From positions 248,001 through 312,000 of the forward strand of contig LVLI01000194.1 of NCBI GenBank assembly GCA_001687465.1: 64,000 bases of DNA. Reading direction: 5' to 3'. Under the pieces are notes generated by a model. It was not told the origin of the DNA and ran no database searches. It saw nothing but the letters and a program-made list of their open reading frames with translations. Below, piece after piece: positions 34,155 through 47,442 of the stretch. This DNA comes from Halocafeteria seosinensis. Taxonomy: Eukaryota. The position numbers and the translations under genes were made by a program. Numbering within the stretch: position 1 is the stretch's first letter; each line of letters starts with the position of its first letter.

Positions 34155-34620
34155 TTCGTACGAGGAAAACTGTGTACAGTCCCCGTCACTGTTGTCGTAT
34201 GCCAGAGGTTCTATTGTCTAATGCGCTGAAGCATTCATTACGTTCCGGGAAGTGTTCAGGTCTCAATACTATACCCAAGAATGGGCTCAATGACTCCTCA
34301 TTAATGCAACCCAACTAGACTGCACATTTTCTTACAACCCGGTCCTGGATACGTTTAGGGGGAGCTTGAACCAATGTGGCCAGTTCATCCGAGAACCAAC
34401 GTTCAACTCGTTTCTCCTGCACGGGATTTGTGAAGCTAGGTCGCAGGAACGAGAGAGTCCACTCTTATATAAGACGAAACGAATGTGTGAGGCTTGTTTC
34501 AAGATTGCCCCATTTTCGCAATCGATTGTAGCTCACAAGGAGGAAATGCTGATGAGATTTAGATATTGAACTGCGGAATTTGTTTCTTGCTGGCATTCGT
34601 TAACGTCCTTGACGACTGTG

Positions 34621-35949
34621 ATGAGTGATGCAGAGCAGCTTATTACTGCTATACGAGAAGATGAAGTGAAGCGAGTGTTGCAGCTACTTTTCTCGCCTGA
34701 ACGTACAAAATCGCAAAGCCCGAGACCTATGCCGATTAACGAAGTTGTAACAGTGACGGGAGAAAGCGTACGTAGAACCTAGGCATACTGTGCCATCCAT
34801 GTCTGGGCATCTTGTGTTGCATGCGCACAGGGGGCTCTATATCCTACTCATGCTTTGTTCGAAGCGTGCCTTGGAGGTAACTTGGAAATTATAAATGCCC
34901 TTTTGAAACGGGAGGACTTAGACCTCAACTTACCAGCTGTAAGTATCCTACTTGCCAGGCCTAGGAATCCATGATGGTGAAACACCAGAAAGAAACACCG
35001 AGATATGTGCAGACACATGAAGAAATCACCAGTTTAGCGGAAGCATGTAAACGTGGAAATAAAGCAGTCGTGGATAGATTGCTCAAAGATGAACGCATTG
35101 ACCCTCAAGCGGGTAGCAAAGTAAGGAATGAATAACTAAACTCGCAATAGAACCAATAGTCACCACTCCCTTGTTCGCAACCACAGGATGTTCGGTTACC
35201 TCTGCAATATGCTATCATGGCAGATCGTTTAGATATCGTGAAATCATTCGGTGCACATGGCTACGTTGACTTTGCGAGTGAATCCGTACGTGTCAATTGT
35301 CAACCCAATACCATTCCCTTGAAGGCAGGTGATATTTGCGGGTTGTACTCTTATAATGCAACAGCTTTTACTGGCAACTAGCGAAGAATACAAGAAGACC
35401 GAAATTGAGAAATGGCTATCAAGTTATTACCTGTCTTACCGTTCTCTGGATGAGTTGTCACCGGAATATCAAGTACGGAAAATATGGCAAGAATTCTGCA
35501 AGTTTGACTTCGATGGGAATGGATATATTGATAAGGTAAAGATTTGCTAAATTTCGTGGTTACACATCTGAAGCTTCTTGCAGTTAGAATTCGTATAATT
35601 TCTCTGTGCTGCATGGATGCAGAGCGAATTAAGGATCTTAGCATCTGCGCTAGGGACGCCTCTGTCAGAGCCTGAGCTTTCCGAAGCTCAAATCGCATTA
35701 GATACAAATGGAGATGGCCGTGTAGATTTCGAAGAGTTGGTCACATTTTGGCTTGCTGAGGATGAACCTTCCGATGAATTAGAAGTTATAGACGAGGAGG
35801 AAAGTGGTTCGGCTGAGAAGGTGCGTTCACGTTCTCCGCCAATTCTTTCAGCATCAAAGGAAAATGTCGGTGGAATTCATCCTGATGTAATGCGTGCTGT
35901 TCAAGAGATAACTGTTTCTTCTCCGAATCCGCTGAGAAGTCACAAATGA
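34621..35949 (+). CDS. Ankyrin-repeat plus EF-hand pair protein
   Basis: ANK-like segments ALFEACLGGNLEIINALL, LAEACKRGNKAVVDRLL and PLQYAIMADRLDIVK; EF loops DFDGNGYIDK|SE and DTNGDGRVDFEE; 6 exons. Confidence 0.85.
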
Positions 35950-36118
35950 AAGAATACACCACTGTGTAAGCTACTTGTACACTGTACTTCAAGCCGTAAC
36001 TCCGTTTGTTGCTTGACTTCCAAAACTTACTACGACCTTTTCCATTGTGATTGAAGTGGAAATTGCTTGTCTGTCTGTGCGGGAAGGAGTTAACTCCCAG
36101 TATGCCTGTGTATAAACC

Positions 36119-38877
36119 ATGTCATCCCCTGAACACGATGATCACGAGCAGCAGCTAACCCGGGAGGCTCTTTTGCAAGAGCTCTCCAGGAAGCGCCCTC
36201 GCCAGTCTAAAGTGACCTCTCTATACACATACTTACCTTCGCGTGACATTCCTTCTGCATATCGACTAAAATTATGGCAATCTCTGCTGGGAGTGGACCC
36301 TATGAGCCAAGCTCTCCTGGAGCAAAGAATCAACGGGGTGGCTTTGGACCTTCCCAATCAACGTGTGGTTCGTATGGATACACAGAGGACTCGTGCCGAT
36401 TTACCTTTATTTCGATGCGACACCATGCGCGAGCGTATTCAAAACATATTGACGTACTACTGCAAAAACCGCGAGGTGGAGTACAAACAGGGCATGAATG
36501 AGGTCTTGGCCCCGGTCATGATTGCCGCCGCTCTGGAAAAGAAGTGCCAGAAAGAGCAAGTGGACGAAGTTTTCGGAGATATTGTGGACGACAAAATGCA
36601 AACAGTAGACTACGAAGAAGCTGAATCACTCATGAGTTCAGTCTCGAATGCTATCGTGTACCAGGTCATGGAGAGAATCCTAGCCAAAGTACGTGACTTC
36701 GGCCCAAAATGTCTCGGAAGAGGTTGTTCACCTTAGTTTTTGGGCCTTGCTGCAGTTTCTGTCACGTATATTTGGGACAGACGACGAGTTCATATCGCTC
36801 CAATGCTCGTTACGATTGTTCAGACTGCTGCTCCAGTACCATGCTCCTGATATATGTAAGTGCAGTAATTCCGGACTTAGACAGCCGAGGCTTCCCGGTA
36901 GAACATTAACTTATTGCTTTCCTTGATATGCAGGTGTTTTCTTGGATCAGTACGATCTTTTACCGGAACTGTATGCTACCCCTTGGTTCTTTACTCTGTT
37001 TGCTCATACACTGGATCCGAACTTGTTACTGCCGTTGTGGGACTTCCTAATCTTCCATTCTACGGGCCGAAGCAACATGGGCAGCCGTACATTGAGTGAC
37101 AGTGCAACTGCGAACGCACAGGAGGGACAAAACTCTCCTTGTGGTCCCGAAATCTTGCATTTTATTGCTGTGGCATTTGTAATATCAAACAGAAATGAGA
37201 TTCTCCATTGTCAGCAACATTACGACGAGCGAGGACCAGCTGAGTTGCCAATGATACTGAGAAACCTTCACTTCAAAAACAGGAAACATTTGCGTAGTGT
37301 GTGCCGAGACGCAGTCCACCTCTATATGGCGACTCCGGTAACTTATCGGAAGCAACTGTATGCAGATCTTTTCGTCATTCTTTATCTATATGTAGTTCGA
37401 CTATATGAAATACTGTCGTGCAGATATGATATATGCTATGGCAGCACTGGTACCAGCCAAGCCGTTCTGGAGAGGTTAGAGTCAAGAATCTGCGTTAAGA
37501 TTACAGTGGATGAATTACTGGAGGCTGAGGCTAAGAGGGGTGCTTCTGCTGCCCAGGTCGATAATAGTGATGTCCTTCAGTCTCCACAGTTCTTCATTGT
37601 AGATTGTAGGCATACTAAGGAAGTAAGCCACCATGTACTTAATGAGGTTTCTTTTATCTTTCGTGGGCAACTTAACGATTCGCTCTCGCAGTTTAAGCAA
37701 GGACATTTACCGACCTGCTTTCATTTTGATCCTCATACATTCGAGGACGCAGAGCGACTTGAGGATACTATCCTTCAGTTCGAGGGCCTGAAGGTAGGTA
37801 TTCCTCGTCACCTTTTCCTACCGATGCAGTACTAATAGCTTGCGTATGTGAATTGTCCAGGGTTTGCACATAGCGATTTTAGGTTCTGGTGATAGTTCCA
37901 AAACGTATTCTCGTCCGAGTAAATCGGCCAATCCCTACAAACTGGGTGAGGAGGAATACGATGATTCGCCCACTGTGGACAACGCAGAATTGGGTGTAGA
38001 GGATTCTCCCGCTGAAGATTATACACAGGAGCACGACTCTGGCAAAAAATCGTTGATGGACAAGGCCAAGAGGATGAGGAATAGAATGAAGAATCGGAGA
38101 AGAAAGAAGAGCTCTCATGAACTTGTTACAACAAGTGCAAATGAGGATGATGATTATTCAGCCGATGATTTAACACGGCATCTCGTACTTTTTTTCTTGC
38201 AGCGAGGATTCCCGTATGTATCGGAAGTACAAGGAGGATATACCGCACTTCATCAGCACCAAAGTACTGCGGTCAATAATGTCTTGATATCTACTGTTGA
38301 TGAGGATACCAAACCCGTCACCAATAAGAAGAACGACGCTTCAAGGAAGGGTGATCAGCCGAAGAGAGCCAGAGCTCGATCGATACAGGAAAGAGTGTCC
38401 TCTGCATTGAAAAACGCCGTCAGCGATATGTCTAGAGGGCCCCCACCGGTCGCTGTATCCTCCACGTACACATCCTCAATGCAATATTCTGATCCTGAGA
38501 ATAGTGTAGATTTTCCAAGTGAGGAAGGGGAACACAGCCACCAGGATCGTGAACAGCTGATCAGGGTTTGGATGTATTCACAAGGTGATTATCCCAGCAA
38601 TCAAGTAAATGAGTATCGCAATCGCCAAGGCTCACGTGGTAGTGTTGACAGTCAGGGTACGTTGAGGTCCTCAACCGCAGGCTCGACGGCCAGTCTACAT
38701 GAAGTCCGAAAGTCAGCAGCAACCAGACATAAACTAGAAGAGACAGCAAAAGTAAAAAGCTCGAAAACCCAATCTGGCGCCGCTACCAATGTGCAACTCG
38801 TGCACTCTAGATTCAGCAATGAAGAGATGTTGCTCGACGCACAGCTAGACGAGATTGAATCGCTTTCGGGTGTTTAA
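36119..38877 (+). CDS. TBC1D23: TBC (Rab-GAP) plus rhodanese-like domain protein, TBC1D23-like
   Basis: RLKLWQSLLGV, NQRVVRMDTQRTRA, YKQGMNEVLAP, FRLLLQYHAP, YATPWFFTLF; rhodanese segment FFIVDCRHTKE|FKQGHLPTCFHFDP...FLQRGFPYVSEVQGGY. Confidence 0.85.
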
Positions 38878-38935
38878 CGTTTCTGGTTCTTTTATTTCGT
38901 CTCGGAATTTCTTTGAATTACCGACGCAGTCCAGC

Positions 38936-40512
38936 CTATCTTGATTGGCAATGGATCCAAATATGCTTGGACAAGACGGATAAATTTTGGTAATCAGGAC
39001 GGAAAACTTCATACCGATGGTTTATCAGTGGAGAACTGTGCAATGTAGTTGCAGTGCCTAAGCACCCTTGCTGTGGCTCTGAGCACAAATATACAACGCG
39101 TTTTATTCGGCTATGCAGTAGCGCCATTGCATCCCTGCCAGTAGAGAGGAGAAATAGATACAATTGGCCATGCTACGGGGAATATATTCTGGTGAACTTA
39201 CATAGGATCAGGTTCCACAGTGAGGAACGCATAATAGCCTGTACACAGGTAACTTTCTTCGTCTCGGAGTGAGGCAACCGGCTGGTGCTTCTCCGGAATG
39301 GGAGCATTGCTGCGAAGTAATCTGTCAACAGTAGCTACCCTTTCTATGCAAGCCATCACCGCAGTGTCTAAAGGGTTTTCTGCCGGGCTGGTGATTGTAG
39401 CACCACACGGGGTTTGTTGGCTGTTATGCCCATTGTGCATGTCAGGAACTAGTTGTTCGAAGAAGCTGCTCATGTGGTCTTCGCTCTCTCCCCCTCGCGC
39501 ATTTTCGGTGGCCTGAGCGACGACACATTCATTCTGTGGATCAAACAAAACACACGACCTCCACCTCCCATCCCCAAGGTTTGGTATGGCCAGGGAGAAG
39601 CAGGAGCAGGTGTCGCGCACCTCTTTGAGCGATAGTTCAGTTGTAGTCCTGCGGCGAAACCGATATGCAGACGATGTACCCCAAGTTCAATATTTTGTCA
39701 CTGAATCTTACGTATCAGGCTGCCTACTACTCGCATTAAGTGGCCATGTGACTTCCTGCTCATATTGTGCTGAACCTGGGTCTCCAGGCACGGAAGCAAG
39801 TACCTGCAGTATTTTGAAGGGAAAATCAATCGAAAGTGAACCATGTGCCACTAGCTTGCGACAACTTACAAAGGATTTTGTTAGTTTGCAGTTGTATTCC
39901 TCCAGAATAGGTTGCAGGAAATCCATTACACTTTGTGTAGCCGCTTCTTCAGGACATACCAGAACCCTGAGTCTATCTTCCTCAAGAGGCTGTACTTCCA
40001 GTGGTTTGAGCTGCTGCTTCACCTGGTCCTCCGTGAGGGGTGTGCCTTCGTCACTACCTCTTGAACGTTGGAGTCCATGAGCGAAATAACTCAGCACTTG
40101 TGGCTTATTGTCTAATTGAGAAACATCATCAAAAACTTGTTTACAAACGCGTTTGGCCATGCTCAACTGCGCAAGCACGACGACGAGACTGAAGCTGTTC
40201 CGAGAGGCGAATACACTGCGGCACACACATTAGACGTACCAGTGGATCATGGGCAACATTATGAGGCTGCTGTGCATAATAATCCTGCATCCTCTCTTCC
40301 TCGCGCTTTCGTTTGGTCGGTCTTTTGCCATCTTTGGGGCCATTTTCGCTCGCTTTCTGCCTGACAACCCTTTGCAAGAACGAATGCGTATAATTTCGAG
40401 GGACATCAGCCGCTATGCATGGGATGACCCTCTCCCAAAAGCTCTTTATACGGCCATGATCCCCTCGAACGTGCTGGAAGAGCCTTGGTTCATCATCTTC
40501 ACAGGCGCTCAT
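38936..40512 (-). CDS. ADAT3: tRNA-specific adenosine deaminase non-catalytic subunit Tad3
   Basis: LSMAKRV (compare HLKRV), YEQEVTWPL, NPLDTAVMACIERVA, YLCTGYYAFLTVEPDPM|DAMALLHSRIKRVVY and LHSSPLINHRYEVF; 4 exons. Confidence 0.9.
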
Positions 40513-41095
40513 ATCTCTCTACCCATCTTTCCATATCCCCGGCAAGTGTGACAATACACGGATAATAAAATTCTATCGCAATTCGCCATATGGTAGCATA
40601 CACAAACAAACAATACAATGCAGTACACGATGCAAAAATAGCCGACAACCCCACCTTCACAAAGCATATAAAGAGGACCTTATTGTACCTATGCTATTCG
40701 ATATACCCCAGGGAATTTCACCGATAGGGCGGGTTCAAGTATGAATACATGCGATGGTTGAGCCTCATCTAGGGAAGAACCATCTCCGCGGTACTTTCGG
40801 ATTGGGTTCTTGTCTTGTTGCAACTTGGTGACTGGTCCAGATTGACACGATATGAGGGTATGTGTGGCACATTTTTCATTATGAGGCGATTTTACGGAAT
40901 ATATTGATCCGTAGATACGCTAATAACAAACATAGCTTTCTATTTACTGTATCCAAGACATGCACCGCCGTACTGTACATAATATATCTCACAGCTGGAT
41001 TACCAATCCAACACCACGCATAAAATACAATATATGCAGAAAACCCTAACTCTGGAGGGATCATACTCCCGCAAATATGCTAAATAGGGGAAACG

Positions 41096-42377
41096 TTAGC
41101 TGTTTTCGTCCATCTGCAGGCAGAGAAACTCAGTGAAGTCGAAGTCCAAGTCAGTTGCAAGGAAGGATATAAATACGTGCCTCTCGTAAAAACTCCGCTA
41201 CTTGCATTTGTCCCGCTTCCTCAGCAATTTCCCTTGCTGTCTTTCCCCACTGGCGAGCAGCACAGCATCTACTTAGCACATACATTGTTGGAACACTGTA
41301 AAGACACTCTGACTTACTCGGTTCTCCAGGTTCAGATTCGCTCCGCACTCATGAACCAGGGTGTGCACAACGTCCAGGTATCCTCTACTGGAGGCTTGAT
41401 GGAGAGGAGTTTCTTGATCCTGAACAGAGTTTTAGGTTGCATTTTCAGAATTCTTCGTTCCCATTAGTCTGCGTTATAGCGCTTCCGAAGTTGGCGCCTG
41501 CTTACCACTACGTTTCTCCTGTCGACGTGCGCACCAAACTCCAACGCAAGCAATGTGACTACATCCAACTTTCCCATCACCACTGCCTTGTGAAAGGGCG
41601 TTTCTCCCGCCTGAAAGGTATCGATGACTTGAGCATTTCCAATGCTGTAACGAACTTTCCCCAACTCTCCTTACCGAGTCCTCGACATTCACGGGTGTTT
41701 TAGCATCTTCCACTAGGAGCCTAACGATATCGCAATGTCCCTTAGACGCGGCAAAGTGGAGAGGTGTTTGTCCCCACTGCATGCAAAACAGAATCAGGCT
41801 AAAACTACAAACCAGGTACAAATGAACAAACACGTTGCTCTACTCTGCTTCGGAAAACCTACCATGCTATCGCGGCTTTCCACCTTGGCACCAAATTCCT
41901 GCGTAAGGACTTGAACTATGGCTACATTGCCGTTCTGGGCAGCATAGTGAAGGGGTGTGTACCCCAACTGCAAATAAAAGTGAGAGAGGAAGTCACTTTC
42001 ATAAGCGACGTCTTCCTTGCTTGTCTTACGATGTTTTCCACGTCAGTATCGGCTCCAAATTCTCGTATCAACGTTCGAACGATTTGCGCTTTGCCATGAG
42101 AAGCTGCATAGTGTAAAGGCGTATCTCCTCCCTGTTGGGCAATAGTCAAGAGGCGAAAATGTTGAGTGTCGAAATTTACAGCGTGGAATCTTCCAGTCGG
42201 CAGATTTCTGCCCCTCTTCTTGCCGCACAAAAGAAAAGATCCCATACGTACCTTGCTCAGGTATATTTTGTTACACTCCCCTTTACCCACTCCTTTCAAC
42301 GTATATCGAAGCTGGATGGAGTCTCCCGACTTGGTAGTGATGTCAATGAGCTCCTTTCTGGAAGGAGCGACGCCCAT
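41096..42377 (-). CDS. Small ankyrin-repeat protein (about 5 repeats, one per exon), possible N-myristoylation (MGVAPS)
   Basis: GDTPLHYAASHGK, GYTPLHYAAQNGN, GQTPLHFAASKGH, GETPFHKAVVMGK and GKTAREIAEEAG. The last exon is uncertain. Confidence 0.85.
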
Positions 42378-43318
42378 CTTTTCGACGCCCCTCTCAGTCG
42401 TTTGGTTTCGCGGACGTTCGCAAACACGACTCACCGCCAGTACGGGACGAGTAAGGGCGAAGTCGAGTGTTTACCAATACATAAGAATTTAGCTGGACTA
42501 CTCTGGGGTGTTCTTCCTCCACAGAGTGGTCGAATGTCAAACTGTCTGAATTATCACGTGTGGTGGTGATTGGAACGGCTTTCCTGCGACCACACGCGAC
42601 CTGCCAAAACCGGCGCGTCGCGCCGCGTGCACGCAACCAATTCTGCTGAACTCCGTGGGCCTGACTTTCCATGGGGCGCTAAAATATGGAGTTTGTAGAT
42701 ACTTGCTATGCTATGAAGTGAGCAGTATCAGTAATCGGGAAGACATTCTCACGTGTTCATTAGTGTTTATCAAGTTGATGGAGGTAGATGACACTCAACA
42801 GACTTCTGTGATTTCAATAAGCGGAACACTGGAGAAAAACAAATGTACCAGGTTTAAGAAAATGTACACTCTCTATTGTGTTTAAGGGGTTTCCGAAATT
42901 GGTGGTCGTTGTCGATATATGCGACGGTTCCGGCCAAAAATCATGGTTTATAGTACAATTTACTGGTAGATGTAATCGTTGCATTCGCAGCTGGTGGCAA
43001 GGAATTAATCCGGCGGAATCGCAGAGAATTGTCAGCTTTGTTTCTGTAGAAAGAGTGAATTCTTCTTACACTGAACCGCATGTGGTTGATTATCTACTTC
43101 CTTAAATGCTCGAAAGCACAAAGTGGTACACATTGTACCAGACTTAACTTCACTAACTTCCTGGCTGAAGTTTGGCTTAACTTCCAGCGACGAGACAGGT
43201 TATCTCATACAACGTGAATTGTCAAATTTTTTACACGCACTCGTGTATGTTTCAAATAACCAGCATCCCACTGGATACAATTTCTTACTTGAGTGAATGA
43301 ACACATCATACAAAGACA

Positions 43319-45407
43319 ATGAATGGTATGAACTTCAACAAACTTCCAGCACAAAGTGACCTCCAGAATCATGTTTGGCGTGTTTCCGTGTTACAGGAAG
43401 CAATAACAACGGGAATGCGGCCGAGAATGGCACTGGCGCTAAGCCTGGAGGGGCGACGACCAACAAATATGACCGTCAAATTCGCCTGTGGGGAGCTGAA
43501 GGCCAGAAAGCCCTCATGGAATCCAGGATATGCTTGGTTCATGCAGGTCCTACCGGGACGGAGACCCTAAAGAACTTGGTTTTACCAGGTTGTGGACACA
43601 TCACCATTTTGGATGACGCGACTGTGAGTGTGCAAGACTTGGGAAACAATTTCTTTGTGACTAAGGATGACATTGGAAGTCCTCGAGCAAAGGCCTGTTT
43701 GGATAATCTCCTTGAAATGAATCCGGATGTCGAGGGCACCTACTGTGCCGATAATGTTCTCGATAAGGTAAACAATAGTGTCGAATTCTTTGACCAATTT
43801 AGCGTCGTCATTGTGACCAAACTGCGGCGAACCGAGCTACTGAAGCTGGCGTCTCACCTCTGGAACCGAAATACCCCTCTCGTCGTAAGTACTGCATGTG
43901 ACCAGGATGACAGTAATTCGATAGCACGAATTTTAGGTACCACAGGTCGCGAAATCGTACGGCTTAATCGGATATATCCGTGCTCAACGGCAAATACACC
44001 CTGTCTTGGATTCCAAACCAGACAGCAGGGAGGGCCAACTGGATTTGAGATTGGATTCGCCCTTCCCTGAGTTGCAGGAATTCGCTGATTCAATCAACCT
44101 GGACACTTGTGGTAAGAATGAAAACAGATGGCACGTTTGCGTTTTGCTGATACTTTATTAGGTGCTACTCGTTCGATTCAGACGACATGACGTACAAACA
44201 CATCCCGTATCCTGTGCTGCTTTTGAAAATTGCAAACATGTGGACCGACGAGGGTAATCCTATCCCGAAAACTGTAAATGAGAAGAAGCAATTTAAGAAG
44301 TTCATTGAAAAATGCTCACGGGTTCCTCAAAGTGAAGCGGATAACTTCTCGGAAGCCGTAGAGTCAAGCCACAAAGTATGGAAGAGTCCTCAATATTTTG
44401 GAGTAGATGAGGCGATTAACCATGAAAAGGCGCAAAACCCATCCGCGGACGATGATAAATTTTGGATTTTGGTGCATGCTTTACGAAGGTTTATGAATGA
44501 AGTTACCACGAACCGAGTTCCATTGACAAACTCTGTTCCCGACATGACAGCTACAACAGACTTGTATATGCGCTTGCAAAGAGCATATCAGCAACGTGCA
44601 CAACTGGAGCAAGCAAAGCTGAAACAATTTGTGACAGAAGCGTTGCGAAACCTAGGACTTCCTAGTGATTATATCTCTGAAGATCTGTTCGATAGTTTTG
44701 CTAGAAATGCCCAGTTTATTACCTGTGTCGGGTAAGTTTTAACGTTGCTGTATTAGTGGGTGTGGTGTGAGTAGGACTACGACGACGGTTGCCACGCAGG
44801 TATAGATCCATTGAAGAGGAGCTCACCTCGGCTTCGAAGAAGAAGGGCGATATTATGGATGAATTGAGTATGGCCGCTTCAGATGATCATCCCTTCAAGT
44901 GGAAGTTGGTGCTGCAAGGGGCTGACAGGTATCTCGAAGAGTACGGCGAATTCCCCTCCTGCAAAGAGCAAGAGGTAAGATGGCACTTTTTTTTGCTTTC
45001 CCGGTTTAAGATTGTTGATTTCATCAGAAAATGCTCAATTCTGTCCAGAAAGATGTACAGCAAACGAAATTACTTATGAAATGCGTACAAGAAGTGGTGA
45101 ACCGCCTAGGGCTTCCAAGCACGTACGATGCCATGGGAGAAGAGCGAAATCTAGTTAGCGAGGCATACTGTCAGGAAATGTAAGTGCCGTGTTCCTTCAG
45201 TATCTTTTAACATGTATAGACATACAAAATACAACTATGTTTTTCAGCCGACGCTACGAGGGTCACGAACTGCATAGTATTGCCTCAGTAGTGGGTGGCA
45301 CCGCATCTCAAGAGATCGTCAAACTTCTAACCAACCAATTCGTACCGATAAACAATACTTGGATCTTCAACGGTATCAAGAGTGAATCTGCCACGATGGA
45401 GCTGTAG
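43319..45407 (+). CDS. NAE1: NEDD8-activating enzyme E1 regulatory subunit (APPBP1/Ula1)
   Basis: KYDRQIRLWGAEGQKAL, GTETLKNLVLPG, DLGNNFFV, HIPYPVLL, VPDMTATTDLYMRLQ and ELHSIASVVGGTASQEIVKLLTNQFVP. Confidence 0.96.
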
Positions 45408-45476
45408 TTCATTGCTCTACGAAGACGAAGAGGACAAGCTTAGGGAAAAACTCTGTATCATGGCTACGATCCCTGT

Positions 45477-46377
45477 TTACTCAATCTTAATCTTCCGGGA
45501 TTTTGCTTTGGCTTCTTCTTTCTTGGGTAGAGTGACATGGAGAACTCCGTCTTTCTGCGAAGCTTTGATGGCGTCCTTGTCAACTCCAGGGGGAAGTTTC
45601 ATAGACCTTTCTTGCTTGCCACCAAACCTTTCCTGTGATCAGCATAGCGGCGGCTTGGTAAACTTGTTTGAAGACGATATCATTCTATGAGTGCGAGCGA
45701 TAACATACCTGGCGATGCCAAGTTACCCCACTTTTTTCCCCTTTGCTCACCTGCCTTCCCTCATCGTGGGCGCGAATCGTCAGAACGTCATCGTCGAGAT
45801 CAATGTCGATTTTGTCTTTTGGAATACCGGGTACATCCACCGACATATCGTACTTGTCATCATCTTCCCGAACATCTAATGCCATCGAATGCTTTAGGGG
45901 AAATCGGAAACCAGCTGGTTCTAGCTGCTCCTGTTCTCCTTCAGGAAGGATACTCAGGCCCACTTTGGACAGGTCGTCCAAGCCCAGAGCTGACAGTGTG
46001 TTGAAAGGGTCAACCTGCATAAATTTGCATTTACCCTTCGATGTATGCAATCAAGTTCATCTCCATCTGAGAACGAAACCACATACCCAGTGTCCATTTG
46101 TATCGTGGTTAACCAATTGTTCCACATCATTCCTGCAAAACCGTCAAGTTCAAGGTGTAGAACATTCCGAATCCAGAACTACTGGTACGCTTCGTACACA
46201 CCTTAATCGTTCAAATTCACGAAGTATGCTATCAGAGCTGTCCTGCAGTGATTGTCTAGCTACTTTGGTTTCACCCTGATCCTCTTGTTTTTTGCGCTGA
46301 TCCTTCTCTTTCGCCGCCGTCACCGACGAAGCCGCCAGTATTACGCAGAGTATCTGGATAGCATAGAAGACTTTCAT
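45477..46377 (-). CDS. Small heat shock protein (HSP20/alpha-crystallin domain) with an N-terminal signal peptide
   Basis: MKVFYAIQILCVILAASSVTA; ALDVREDDDKYDMSVDVPGIPKDKIDI; HRQ|ERFGGKQERSMKLPPGVDKDAIKASQKDGVLHVTLPK; C-terminal IKI motif. Confidence 0.9.
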
Positions 46378-46648
46378 TGCTGCTGGAGATTTCTACGGCG
46401 TTAAATAGTTATTTCCACCAATGTGAGCAATGCTGCGCAACTATTTCAGAAGGAGTTTCGAAGCTTTATTTCGTGTTCGTCGCTGTCTTAGATCAATCCA
46501 CATTAAAATTAGGCACTGATACAACTAAGTCGTCGAACAAATTAAGTTTCAGCGGAAAGGGTTTCTCCAGAATTCCAAACATTCTTCAAGTAGAAACAAT
46601 AGTTTACGACTAAATCACTAGTTGGACCCACTGAGCTGTTCGAATACG

Positions 46649-47265
46649 TCAGGTAAAGAGTATGAGAAGAAATAGCACGAATGCCACAATAGATAAAACC
46701 ACCACGACACAACACCAATGAGGTCCTCCTGCAGAGCATGAACGACTCAAGCGTCAATGGTGGCGTGACATACATACACAGCAAGCAAGCAAGCAAACCA
46801 TACCATTCTCCTGAATAAACTTTTGAATCTGGCGCGTTGTATACTCCATCTTGGACTGTGTTTCATCGACTTCTTCCTGAGTTTCTTCAATCATTCTGCA
46901 TCCATTGTACACCAGTGTACGAGCACCATCGTACCACTTGTAGGACAGAAAAGAGTGCATTATTACCTTGTCTGTTCAGTCATCTCACTGCTAATGTGCT
47001 TGGACATCTCAGATATACGGGATAAACTACTTTCTAGAGCCTCTAAATGGCTGTCCTGCTGCTGGAGGTGGTACTGTTGCAAGCTCTGCTGGTCCTCGAA
47101 AAACGCATCATTGGGGTTCCTACCCCCATTGACCCCACTAGAATTTTGTGTAGAATAAGATGAGCTGCCATTTTGTCCATTTAAGGCTGAAAATGAAGAG
47201 CTAGAGCGCTCCAAAAGCCGAGCACGCTCATCGTCAGCTTGAGCTCTCGAGTTGGCTCGGGACAT
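46649..47265 (-). CDS. Qc-SNARE (syntaxin-6/8-like) lacking an Habc domain
   Basis: SNARE motif QQDSHLEALESSLSRISEMSKHISSEMTEQTR|MIEETQEEVDETQSKM and a C-terminal TM WCCVVVVLSIVAFVLFLLILFT*. Confidence 0.88.
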
Positions 47266-47442
47266 AATGCAACTACTACAGACTGGTTCACCTACGTATC
47301 AATATGTTTATATACGTTTCTTTGATATGATGTCACAAAAATAGTCTTATTCATCATGACAATCAGCTACCGTATGGCTCCACTACACAAACTTCACAAC
47401 GCTCTTGTTCATACCGTACCCACACAGTCGTTAAAGAGTGCT

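Noticed and set aside
46378..46640. Heat-shock elements upstream of the sHSP (tempting given an HSF gene in the window)
   Set aside because: GAA/TTC triplets are present but not as three correctly spaced alternating nGAAn units.
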